Positions 12,501 through 23,700 of a DNA stretch of 64,000 nucleotides are shown in pieces; the stretch's first letter is position 1, and every line of letters begins with the position of its first letter. This DNA comes from Lytechinus pictus (taxonomy: Eukaryota), in NCBI RefSeq assembly GCF_037042905.1, contig NC_087245.1, positions 1,674,001-1,738,000 on the forward strand, given 5' to 3'. A program made the translations under genes and the position numbers. Under the pieces are notes generated by a model that was given only the letters and a program-made list of their open reading frames with translations, searched no databases and was not told the DNA's origin.

Positions 12501-15500
12501 TTGTTTGATTATAGCCGACAAGGTGTAAAAATCCGATCAAGAGCTTTTTGGTTTGAGGAAGGAGAACAAAAAACACAATATTTTGAACAGTTATTAAAAT
12601 CAAACAAACGGAAAAGTGTAATAAAAGAAATATATGATCAAGGTGAACAGACTATAAAAGATAGGAGTGAAATATTGAAGAAGATAAAGTCATTTTACGA
12701 AAAATTATATTCATTGAATGAAGTGATTGTAAATGAAAACTCTTTTTTCCTGAAGGATATTCCTAAATTATCCAAAGAAAGTCGAGATATTTGTGAAGGT
12801 AAAATTACTATTCAGGATTGTTTAAGTGTTTTGAAAGAAATGAAATTTAATAAAACCCCTGGAAACGACGGTTTTACTGTTGAATTTTATTACACCTTTT
12901 GGAATTTATTGGGGGGATTTTTGGTGGAAGTGTTAAATGAAGTGTATAATAGGGGATTATTAGCAACTTCACAAAGGCAGGGAGTGATTACACTATTAGA
13001 AAAGGAAGGCAAAAACCCTTTATACATTCAAAACTATAGACCAATCACGCTTTTAAATGTTGATTACAAGATCTTATCAAAGGTACTAGCAAAAAGATTG
13101 AAAAAGGTTCTGAATGAGATAATTCATATTGATCAAATAGGGTATGTTGAAAATAGGAACATTGGAGATGGTGTGAGATTAATCGATGATATTTTATTTC
13201 AGTCCTCTTTTGGAAATATTGGATATTTGATTACGGTGGACTTTGAAAAGGCTTTTGATTCTGTTTCCCATGATTTTCTTTTTCAGACTCTTAAATTATT
13301 TGGATTTGGCCAGTCTTTCTGTTCTTGGGTTCGTGTTTTATATACAGATATAACTAGTTGTATTATGAATGGAGGTTATTCCACTGGTTATTTTGATATA
13401 AAACGAGGGGTAAGACAGGGGGACCCCATTTCTCCTTATCTGTTTTTGCTCTGTATAGAAACACTAGCTTTGGCAATAAGAAGAGACGCTCTAGTTGAAG
13501 GAATTCAGTTTGGATCTCATGAAATTAAGCAAATATTGTATGCCGATGATATCACTCTGTTTGTTAAAAATAGCAATTCTGTTAAACGGCTTAAATATCT
13601 TTTGGAAGAATTCGAAAAAGTGAGCGGTCTGAAGATAAACAAAGGGAAAACAAACTTTTTTTGGATGGGAAAAGATCAAGACAGACCTCAAACTCCGCTA
13701 TTTGGAAATTTGGTTCAGCAAATTAAAATCTTAGGCGTTTATTTCTCTCTAAATGTAATAATAAAAGAAGATCTAAACTTCAAAGAGATACTAAGCAAAA
13801 TAAAAAGACTTTTGGGATGGTGGAAACAAAGGGATCTAACCCTAATGGGTAAAATACAATTGTTGAAAAGTTATGCATTATCAAAATTAAATTACGTCTC
13901 GTCACTTTTAGTTGTTCCTAAGTGGTTGTTCGTTGAGGTGGAACGGATCACTTTTGAGTTTTTATGGTCAGGTAAAGACCGTATAAAGAGAAACATTATG
14001 TATCAGGATTACTCACACGGTGGGTTAAGAATGATGAATTTTAAGTTGTTCATAAAGGCCCAACGTCTAATGTGGCTGAAACGTCTATTATACGGGGAAC
14101 GCAATGCTGGGTGGAAATTGTATTTTGATTTCTGTTTTAGATCACTCGGTGGGAGACTGTTATTTCTATGCGATTTTGATATTTGCAAATTAACACAGAC
14201 AATGCCACAATTTTATTCTGAAATGCTGAAGGCTTGGCAAGATATGAGAAAATATAGATATACAAAAGAGGAAGTAAACCCGATTATATTTAATAATAAG
14301 AATGTATGTGTAAGAGGTAAAATGATTTTTGATATTGATCTTTATAATAAGGGAATATACACTGTAGATCATATTTTTGATAACGGGGTTGTGAGACCTG
14401 TGGCTTATTTTCAAAATCTTGGGGTAACCGCAGATGAACTGCTCCACATTATTGATATAGTACATGCTATTCCAATTACTTGGAAAAATGCCTTTAGCTC
14501 TATTAAATTTATAAAGATTGACGATGAGAACTTCAATGTTAATTTGAATATCAGTAAGCTGGAAACTACTTTTGAGGTGATTAAATCAAAAATTATTTAT
14601 AGTTGTTTTGTTGAAAATTTACGGGAAACTTACAATTTAACATTGAAAGATAAAAACATTAATTTGAATTTTACAGATGTTGAAATGTGTAATAGGCTTG
14701 CCCAAACCAGGAGCATAACTTTGATTAGGAAACAAAGAGAATTCCAGTTCTTACTTTTACACGGGGCGATTTATACCAAAGAACAGTTATTGAGATTTGG
14801 GTATGTTAAAGACAGTTTATGCTCTTTTTGTGGCAGAGAAACCGAATCATACATTCATATTTTTCTAAATTGTCCCAAGGTAAAACCTTTATGGGAATTT
14901 TTCATTAAATATTTCTGTATGTCTGAATTAAGAGATTTAGAATGGAGAGATATACATTTGGGATTATCTGGAAGTACGAATAGAAATAATTGTGTAAACT
15001 GTATAATCTTTTTCATCAAATATGCCATTTTCCAATCCAGAACTAATGGTCAGGTTCCTTCCTGCCATAAAATACAAAAATATATTGCGGAACGTAGGGA
15101 GGAAGAAAAATGCTTAGCTATAAAATCGGGCAAATTGAGTTTGCATGTAAAGAAATGGGAAGAACTGAAGGTGAATGAGGCAGTGAATGCAAACAGGTGT
15201 GAAGCGTCTGCTGGTGCTGTGAGTATGTAATGGTATGTCCGCGTGTGAATGCGAGTGTGCAATGGTATATGTCCGCGTGTGAATGTGAGTGCTTGCTGCC
15301 AGGGATGGGGGGGGGGGGGTTCCTATCTCCATGGTTAGCAAAATATATGTTTGAGTAGATCCAAAAAGAAAGAATATTTTGTTTGGGGTGTGGAAAAGGT
15401 TTTGTTTGTTTTATTTTGTTGATGTTGTGTTTTGTTTTGTTTTCGTGTGTGCTTTATATACAAAATCTTTATTCAGATTATTGTATACTTTCTAAGAATA

Positions 15501-15881
15501 AACATAGAGACTTTTTTTTTTCTGTATTGTCTTACAAAATTTGGAGGAATGAATATACATGTATAAGTACTTTTTTTTTATTATGGGATAACCTCTTCAC
15601 TTAAAAAAAGTCTGTACTTTTGATTTTTCATCATACAATACGGTATTATTATACAGTAAATACATGTGAAATTACGAGGTTTTTGTTATTGGTATTATGG
15701 GTTATGATACTATTTGTTCGAAAAATTTATATCAAGATGTATATTATTTCATATGTTATATTGCTGTATAAGTGTACTTCACTTTAATTTGCATACATGT
15801 ATTTGATTTATTACCCTTGTACATGAAAAATGTAATAGTATCTGAATAAAGGCTAAAAAAGCAAGAGAAAAAAAAAAAAAA
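9556..15881 (+). mobile_element. Tx1/L1-clade non-LTR retrotransposon with intact ORF2, ~1.9-kb 5' non-coding region, ~650-bp 3' UTR and poly(A)
   Basis: Intact APE-RT-zinc-knuckle ORF. AATAAA at 15845-15850 and poly(A) at 15868-15881. The 5' boundary is approximate and no TSD was identified. Confidence 0.85.
11427..15230 (+). CDS. LINE ORF2 polyprotein (apurinic endonuclease, reverse transcriptase, zf-RVT), 1267 aa, Tx1-like
   Basis: APE motifs TLNVRGL, FLQET, GGDFN, SRLDYW, PDHS. RT motifs KTPGNDG, YRPITLLNVDYK, DFEKAFD, GVRQGDPISP, YADD. C-terminal CSFC...HIFLNC. No stops or frameshifts. Confidence 0.97.
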   Translation: MDRRLYFTLLTLNVRGLRDKAKRKNIFEFCKNKGSNIVFLQETYSTEEVEEKWKLEWNGPILFSHGTNHSRGVSVLISPILNIKMDNVIFDENGRYVVMKFEFQQSKIILVNCYFPTRDKEKMQIEFLEELDKCISKLYSSEEMIIIGGDFNTIMNGDLDYLGPRIFYKNRFNKKFDGFLDRFGLEDIWRRMNPEKKQFTFRQKCPIMQSRLDYWFGSSAFQHLVNGCDIVTSITPDHSGVLLQLTSNVDKPHLGNSYWKFNNSLCADQEFVNLFKDKIVELKKEWLPKIEDKLLLWDFLKMKMREFINKYTKKKAKLRKHEIEKLEEDIRSLEIHLSTQPSRKILDEMEEKKSKLNRLFDYSRQGVKIRSRAFWFEEGEQKTQYFEQLLKSNKRKSVIKEIYDQGEQTIKDRSEILKKIKSFYEKLYSLNEVIVNENSFFLKDIPKLSKESRDICEGKITIQDCLSVLKEMKFNKTPGNDGFTVEFYYTFWNLLGGFLVEVLNEVYNRGLLATSQRQGVITLLEKEGKNPLYIQNYRPITLLNVDYKILSKVLAKRLKKVLNEIIHIDQIGYVENRNIGDGVRLIDDILFQSSFGNIGYLITVDFEKAFDSVSHDFLFQTLKLFGFGQSFCSWVRVLYTDITSCIMNGGYSTGYFDIKRGVRQGDPISPYLFLLCIETLALAIRRDALVEGIQFGSHEIKQILYADDITLFVKNSNSVKRLKYLLEEFEKVSGLKINKGKTNFFWMGKDQDRPQTPLFGNLVQQIKILGVYFSLNVIIKEDLNFKEILSKIKRLLGWWKQRDLTLMGKIQLLKSYALSKLNYVSSLLVVPKWLFVEVERITFEFLWSGKDRIKRNIMYQDYSHGGLRMMNFKLFIKAQRLMWLKRLLYGERNAGWKLYFDFCFRSLGGRLLFLCDFDICKLTQTMPQFYSEMLKAWQDMRKYRYTKEEVNPIIFNNKNVCVRGKMIFDIDLYNKGIYTVDHIFDNGVVRPVAYFQNLGVTADELLHIIDIVHAIPITWKNAFSSIKFIKIDDENFNVNLNISKLETTFEVIKSKIIYSCFVENLRETYNLTLKDKNINLNFTDVEMCNRLAQTRSITLIRKQREFQFLLLHGAIYTKEQLLRFGYVKDSLCSFCGRETESYIHIFLNCPKVKPLWEFFIKYFCMSELRDLEWRDIHLGLSGSTNRNNCVNCIIFFIKYAIFQSRTNGQVPSCHKIQKYIAERREEEKCLAIKSGKLSLHVKKWEELKVNEAVNANRCEASAGAVSM

Positions 15882-16061
15882 GTTAATACGTTTCCCTTCT
15901 CGCCGTTCTTATTCTCCAAGCCTCTTATCGAAAAGAGAACTTTCAATGACAAAATCTTCAGTAAAATCTTTGTACACATCTCAAATGACTTAAAAGTTGG
16001 AGATAAAAGTGCGATTACAAACAAATCGATATGCCTGAAACTCATTTCCATTTAGAGGAAA

Positions 16062-17030
16062 TTATGAAATTGTGATCGTACCTTGGTTATTAGCTTCTGG
16101 AACCTGCAACCGAAGGACGCCCAAGTTAGGTGCCTCAAAAACCGGTGCCTCATTCTCGGAGAAATGAAAAGATCCAACTTTGGTACATTGACGCCTTGCA
16201 GCTACATCATTAGGAATTTGTTGGTCTGTTCCTTGACGGAGGCGTTTTGCCAAGTCCTCGTATCGCAAAACAACTTCCTTTGGCTCAGTACTATCCAAAA
16301 GTTCTTCAGCAAATTTGATTTCTTCTGTGACTTTGGAAACCGCTTCCCCTACAGGTATCAATATGTTGTCTAAAGCTTCGTTAAGATCACTCCGATTGGT
16401 TTTGACCTCTGCCAGGAGCTCCTCTTTCCTATGATTGATGATATCAGTAATACGTTCTAAATACGAATTGAAACGTACTTTGATTACTTCTGATATATTG
16501 TCAAGTCGTTCATTTCCTTCCGCTTGTTTAGCCGCATAGTCTCCACGAAAATTCTCAAAAGACTCCATCCATTCCGTTGCTTTACTCATCAATTTTACGA
16601 TTTCTTCCACTTTTGCTGCGGAAGCTTTTTCCAAGTTCTTAATCAAGAATGTATGTTCCCCGTGATTGCAAAGGGCACACTCGCTACAGATTAGCACGTT
16701 ACATTTCTCACAGAAGAATTTCTTTCCGGCACCATGCTCCTTGCAGAATTCTTTCTTTGATTCAGAATCCTCATGGCGTTTGATTTCTTCGATGATCTGG
16801 TTGGCCAACAAATTTGGTCTCAGAGCTTCCGATCTATCATAATCATAACCTGTTTCTTGACGGCATATCGGGCACCTGATCCTATTACCTGCATTTGCCT
16901 CTATTGCCCGATTAATGCAGCTCTCACAAAAAGTATGCAAACATTTGAGGCATTTTGCATGTTCCAATCTGCAGTGACAGATAGCACATTCCAGATGACC
17001 CAATATTGCTTCTACAACAGATTCGGCCAT
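16062..17030 (-). CDS. TRIM/RBCC-family E3 ubiquitin ligase (RING, B-box 2, coiled coil): 322 aa unspliced, or exon 1 (17030-16082) of a 482-aa spliced form
   Basis: C3HC4 RING (CAIC...CLKCLHTFCESC...CPIC), B-box2 (CKEH...CEKC...CSEC...H..H) and a heptad-rich helical region. The ORF ends abruptly after a donor-like CAAG|GTACGA. Confidence 0.92.
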   Translation of the reverse strand: MAESVVEAILGHLECAICHCRLEHAKCLKCLHTFCESCINRAIEANAGNRIRCPICRQETGYDYDRSEALRPNLLANQIIEEIKRHEDSESKKEFCKEHGAGKKFFCEKCNVLICSECALCNHGEHTFLIKNLEKASAAKVEEIVKLMSKATEWMESFENFRGDYAAKQAEGNERLDNISEVIKVRFNSYLERITDIINHRKEELLAEVKTNRSDLNEALDNILIPVGEAVSKVTEEIKFAEELLDSTEPKEVVLRYEDLAKRLRQGTDQQIPNDVAARRQCTKVGSFHFSENEAPVFEAPNLGVLRLQVPEANNQGTITIS

Positions 17031-17100
17031 GGTTTGTGCGGAAAGAGAAACATCAAAGTATGGTTCAACTCCTACACAACTAAGAAGCAGGTAGCCCTAT

Positions 17101-17234
17101 ATGTTGAATATTTGTAAACAAAACTTATGCCTTTGGCATAGAGGTGGGTTTTCCCCACTGAACTATATATAGTTCAGTGGGGAAAACCCACCTCTATGCC
17201 AAAGGCATAAGTTTTGTTTAGAAATATCCAACAT
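17101..17234. repeat. Near-perfect 134-bp palindrome (106-bp perfect core 17115-17220) upstream of the TRIM ATG, carrying two inverted Rel/NF-kB-like GGGAAAACCC sites
   Basis: Centre AACTATATATAGTT at 17161-17174. The arms pair base for base from 17115 to 17220, with two mismatches further out. Confidence 0.92.
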
Positions 17235-20200
17235 TCAAGTTCAGTAGTCTACCCGGTTCACAGAACCTTTCAGTGCACGTGTGTAATACTACTTTCTGTA
17301 GTGTATGTCAAAGCTATCCATTACTAGTTTGCAGGCACAGACCTTTATTAGTTTTTGCATAGTGCACAATGCAGATTTTGAAGTGGTGAGGCTAGATTCT
17401 CTTACTTGACACAGACAGAGAATTTGGCATCTAGTCCTCACCCTAGACTTGGTATAATTGGACAAAGTGTCAAACATGAGTCTGTTCTTGCAGACTAATC
17501 CATCGTCGCTTGGTTCAGTCATAAAAGAAACAAATTCTTGTAATTGGGATTTCAAACATTCAACATTCTGTTCTAATTTTCATGTATCAATTATTCTGTA
17601 CCCGTTTAAGAAAAAAAAAACGCTTTCATCTCAGTAATGGAATTTCTGCAAACTTCCCCTTCTGTCAGCTGATACATTTGTAAATCACTGTCCACGAAGT
17701 AATGGCACCTGTATATATGTTATATCATGTATAATAATTGTAAATACATGTATGTTATTGTTAACCTTTATATACATGTACATGTAATATGAATAAGCCT
17801 TTATTTGCCCCAACGGGGCCAAAAGGCATTCTTCCAATAAAGTTCAAGTTCATAAAGGTAGAAAGAAATGATTTAATGCACTGAGTTCTGATATTCTAAT
17901 GGTCCGATGCTATTCGATCCAGTATTATTTCCTCCGAGAGGCTTAAGTGTAAAAAAATCCTTTAAAACCATTCCGCAGCCCCTGTATAGTGCGAGTGAGC
18001 ACATCGAGATACATGGTATTCAAGGGCGTCCTATTAAGGGAAAATATTAGAGATTTTAAAGCCCTCTCAAAAAATTAATCTTATGACATTGCAAGATTGA
18101 TTGTTATTGATTCTAATTATGAAGTTTAGCAAATGATTTTGTGTCACACGATAAAATCGATTAATTGTTATTATATTCTTGAGGCACTGGTACTGTGCAT
18201 GCACCCATTTTGATATGGTCATATGCGCCCAAAGTGTTTCAATTATTGGGGTAAATGGAATAGCGGAGCGGTAGAACGACTTGAATTTTGCGTTTAACGC
18301 AAATTGAGTCAATAAGCACCGATATTCAAAAAGCATTCAATTTGATTCTAACATGATATCATTTTCGCGCATGTAGGTGTGTGTGCGTTATTTGTGTGGG
18401 AACGTGTGTGGGTTATACATTTAATAGTGGTTGCTAAAGCCCAAGCACCCCCCCTCCCCATTCGTTTTGCGGCACAAAATGTAAATTTTGTTACATAAAT
18501 ACCACTTCATGGTATAGAGCTTGATCGATCGAGAAACTCATAGGCGAAAACTGCTATCAGAAATAGAGAGATAGTAGTATACTCAAATAATTTAAGGACG
18601 GTTCACTTTAAAGGGGAAAAAATGAGCTATTATGAAGTTGGTTTACTAAGTCAAAAATGTATTTCCATTATGCAAGTATAAAAACGAGTTTAACATTCTT
18701 AACCAAAAATATTCGTTCAAGCAATATGCGCGCGCACATTTATGATGCACAATGAATATGCTAACAATTGATATAAATGAAGCCCATACGAAATCGCGCC
18801 TGAAAATCATTATTTACAGCTTCAAAATGGTTGATTGTAAAGTGACCGGAAACACATTAATATCATTGCATAGACTAAAATGTAGTTTATTAATCAACTC
18901 AGAGGTGAAGTAATGATGATTTTCCAGTTACAAATATCTTGAAAGCGTCTCCATTAATTTTTTTTTCTACCTGGGTATTTTTTTTTCATTCATATGAACA
19001 TTATTAAATAGCTAGAACTAATAATCAAAGTTCATCATTTTATTAATAAGACCTTTTTGATACTAACCTATACCTTTAGTAGGGGAGGTAGAAATTGGGT
19101 AAATACGGTAGATTCGAGGTCTGTTTCCTAGACTGGTCTGTATATACCTTCATGCATGGCAGGGGAGGAGGGAATGGTGGAGCAGGGGCAGTTGCCTCAA
19201 GAAGTTTCTCAAACTTATTTTTTACTAAATATTTTCACGAAATCACCGAAATTTAAAGTGTGCATGAATCTTTTAATTTATTTTTATTAAACACAAAAGC
19301 GCCCCTGACGATCTCGGTCGCTTCGCTCTCTTGCTTTCGAGTTTCTTCGAAAATTGTTAAGTGTCTTGCCCCCGCCCCCGGAAAAAAATCTGCGTGTGGT
19401 AATGAGTACCTTCAGTCAGATGACAGCAATTATTGTCGGTTTTTACAACAGGTTGGACAGAGAATATAATAACAACAAATTAACAGATTTAATTAAGAGA
19501 AAATTATAAACCTGCATGTCCTATTTCTCTATCATAGGTTTAATTACTATAACAAACGAAAACTTTAGATAAATTGTATTAAAATTGAGAAAATCCTTGC
19601 GTTACAGAATAGCAGAGTTATGGATTTCTAATTTTCTGACATTTTGAGATCATGCTTCCCTTATTTCATGAAATTTTTATTCTATAAAGTGTAATTCAGC
19701 AGTCATCTTTGATGAAGACGTAGTTATACTACCTATATTAAAGTGTATAGAAGAGCTGTACGATCATTTGACGTCAATATTAAAAATTAAAAAACTAATG
19801 TAAAGAATAAGATTCTTATTTGTATTGCCTTTTGTATTTTACCATTCATTCCTTTTAATTATCTATCATTTTCTGTCTTTATCAAAACAAATTTAATTTC
19901 AGATCAGACTTCCCCCTTATTAAGCGAGACTCAGATTTATACCTCGTTTGCGCATGCGTGTCGATTATTAGATCCAACTGGAGTCACGATTGAAAACTGC
20001 TCCTTTAGTCATTTTTAATTACTAATCATGCTTAAAATGACATAAATAGTTTTTTAGAATTCACAAGAATTGATAAAAAGACACATCCTTGCGATATTTA
20101 GCAAAATGCCAGTCTTTGTTTGTTCTACATCAGCAGTATACTTCCTAACAGAAATCGTTGGTTGTTTGTAATGTGAAAGGAAAAGGCAATTGGATTTGCT

Positions 20201-20795
20201 GACGACCTGACAGTCATCACATCTTCGCCAGGTTAAGGGAGTCCGTTAGTCATTCTCCCGCTCAAAGCAGAGTAAAGTGGTTCACTGTGTATGAGAGGAA
20301 TGAATAGGAACAAACATATTTAGAGTTCGGAAGCAGTGGAGTAGCACTCCCAGTCGTTCACTCGTTGACAGAAGCTTGATTTGGTGGGCAAAGGAAAGTC
20401 GTTCATTTATGCAATCGAGAGCTCTTTTATCTTCTGAACTTCTTTACCCGACTGGAATTTTGTTTTCTTGTTCGGTCTAGCGCCCGTTCACTGTGAGCAC
20501 TGATTTCATAGTAGTACCATTTGGTTGTATCTGGTATAATTTCAGAGTATGCACTATTGGGTGAGATTGTCTATCTCACTATATATTATCAAGATGATAA
20601 GCAATTGATAATTTAGTAACGTCAACCAGTCAAATGGAGTATATTACTTTTTGAAGTAAATGAAAATCTGCAAGAACTTATTCTATGAATTGAAAGATAC
20701 GGGCTTCTACCCGCTGCTTTTCACCTAAACTTCAGACTGGGGTTTTGACAATTATAACTGTACAACTGTCATATGATTATTGTTCTCTAGTCAAA

Positions 20796-23700
20796 ATGAG
20801 CAGCAAGAAACGTCCAGTGTCAAGGACCAGCAGTAGCAGTGTAACGGATGCCCTCTTTCCTGGTGTTAATCTTGAACAAGCGGAAAAGGATGCCGTGCTT
20901 AAGGAAGGTACAATTGACAAGGAATCTTCAAGCCTCTTCTATCCCTGGAGACCTAAATTTTGCGTCCTCACTCCAGAGAATCTAACCATCTTCCGCTGGC
21001 ATTCCAAAAAGAAATCATCCCAAGAGAGGGTTCGAAATATTCTATATCGGATGCCCTTGGATGATGTTACAGCAATCGCCAACATAGCCAAAGGGAAGAA
21101 ACATATTCACTTCACAATGGTGACGAAAGATGGCACTCTAGATCTACGTGTTGGTCTGAACAATCGCGAGTGGCTCACACAGATTCAGATGGCCGTTTTG
21201 GCGCGGAAAAATCGACGTGATTTCGTGAAAGAGTTAAAGACAAGATCGTCTGTTGTAGCCAATAAATTCAAAAGGAAAGCATTAAGACGAAGATCGTTTA
21301 CTAAAGATCCAGAGTACGGAGATGGTAAGAACAATATAATATATTTTGACAGAATTATCCAATAGCTTTGAAGTACCATACATTAACTGTGAAGTTTAGA
21401 AGGTTTTAATTTATAAGTTATATTTATAAGTGCATATGGCATATTGGAAAACCCTCAGCCAAAAGTAGTAATCTATATTTTCATAAACTTAATTTAATAA
21501 TCTCATCTAAGATTCACCTAAATAGCAACTAAAGGTGAATTTGCACGGGTATTCTGTTTGTTAATGTGTCGCTTTAGTTTATTTTTTTAATTGATTATTC
21601 CTATTAATATATTTATCTACCTGCACATTAACTGGCGTATGGATGCTCATTTTTATCATTCATCTTAATATCTTTCTTGGGTGTGCATTATGTACCATCG
21701 GTCATGAACCCTAAGGAAAGACACACGTCATCATCATCACAATCATGACCGACAGTAACCTTATACCAAGGAATGATTTTATACCCCCACCCTTCCCCTC
21801 CCGTCCTCAATCCCAGACTTTGAAAACAATGCAAATTCTCTACTGCAAGATACCATAATAACTTTAATTCATTTCGAGACGTCCCTCCCTTTAATGGAAA
21901 TCGGAAATGAATTTGTTGGGAGGGATTAACACGAGGGATAATCGAGTCTAGTGCAGGCGCGTATATAGGAGACGTCTGATTAACATCGACTCTCTTTTTG
22001 TTTTTACTGTAATAATGTTAGAAGTTTCTGACTCAAGCTTATGTGACATTCGTTCATGGACATTGGCGATTCATAACAATTGATTTTCAATAATATGCGG
22101 AGGAACCTTAGACATTTATATTTGAGCTACTGTTTTAGTCATATATAATAATGATACGTGAATCACGCAGTATAAACATGACCACCGTTATTACGATGAC
22201 AAACATTAATTCTATACCAACTTCGAAGATTTAGTAATATCTTTAATATGTTTACCAACAAATTTATTTACGTATTAAAGCATGAATATTGTTGTTTTCA
22301 TACATGTTGCTCCAACAACTGACCATCAACGTTTTGATGAAACGTAGAACCACATTACTTTTCCCTGAGTTTTTTTTAAAGTTTAGTGCCTAAAAAGTAC
22401 AGAGTATTGTTTTCCGGTAAAGGTTATGTTGAGTCATCTGGGGAGCATTTCATGAAAGCACTTGTCAGACGTTTTATCCGACATGTCCTGTTTTATCCGA
22501 CAGTTACCATAGTAACAGTGCTTGTCAGCCAATCAGAATCCAGGAAAGTTGTCAGATCTGACAACTTGTCGGACAGAAATGTTGATGAAACGCTCCCCAG
22601 ATTTCATTAATCTAAGGTCTTCAATCCACACTACCAGTGGGCATACCTGTCCAGTAGGTTCATATCAAATTTAGATAAAGTAAAATTCATTCAAAAATAG
22701 ATTGGGTAACATTGATATTCAAAGCCATTCAGAGTTTAAATCTGCTCAGCACTCGTTCTTTTTCGATATCATCCTGTATAGTTTAAAGACAGTGAAAGGT
22801 TTTAAGCAGTTTAAGTGTTCAGCGTTTTCACTCCGACCACAATAAAGTTGTCCGACATTAAAAAATATTAATGATGGTATCTCACGTTTCCCTTCTCTTT
22901 CCTCAGGTGGACATAATAATTAAAACGATGACGGTGATGCATTCTCTTTACAATACAATACTTCATCAACAATGTTACTTTTGGTCATTTATATTATTTG
23001 TCATTGTTTTGTTCGTTTATTAGTCATACGACCATTCACTTTGTCAGAAACATAAAGTGTGCCAAGAAAACTCTTTTCATTCTCTCTCTTTAACAAGGTT
23101 TACGAAAAAATCAAATCTCTAATATTTTTTATTATTTGAATTTATTACATATCTTTAAAAAATAGCTACTGCTATTCTTTAAAAAACAAAACAATTTCAT
23201 GTTCTAACTGGTGTATCACCACAAAATACGTCATCATAGTGCTGTCTTGTTTATTGAACTGAAATGACTTGATATTTCAAGTTCTCATATAGCTTTTTTT
23301 TTTCCAAGTGGGTTGTCGAATTGTCCGAAATATTATTTGATCGTATTCATGGTATTAGGATTTCATGACCACGGCATAGTATTGGGAGGGGTTATTATGG
23401 GATAATGGAGTTTTTCTTTAGTCTTTATGTATCTTGCTATGACAATCAAGGACTATTAAAATCACAGCCATTACTCATCCATCACTACTTATCCTATCCT
23501 CATAAGGCTTTTCGCATTCGTCTAGGCCAAGGTGCATTTTGGAGGCCGCATAATCCGTTTCTTTCCCCTACACGTTTTAATGTATGAGGAACTATACATG
23601 AGACCTGAAAAATGACAGTCTATCATCGGTCTATTACTACGCAAAAATACTGTTCGCCCATTAATAGTCACGAGAAAATTATTAAGGACAGGTTTTTAAT

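Noticed and set aside
22907-22923. Acceptor-like site (cctcag|GTGGAC) in PH-PDZ intron 1
   Set aside because: It gives a stop after five codons and would delete the PDZ. Exon 1 joins 25762 to complete the GIGI loop.
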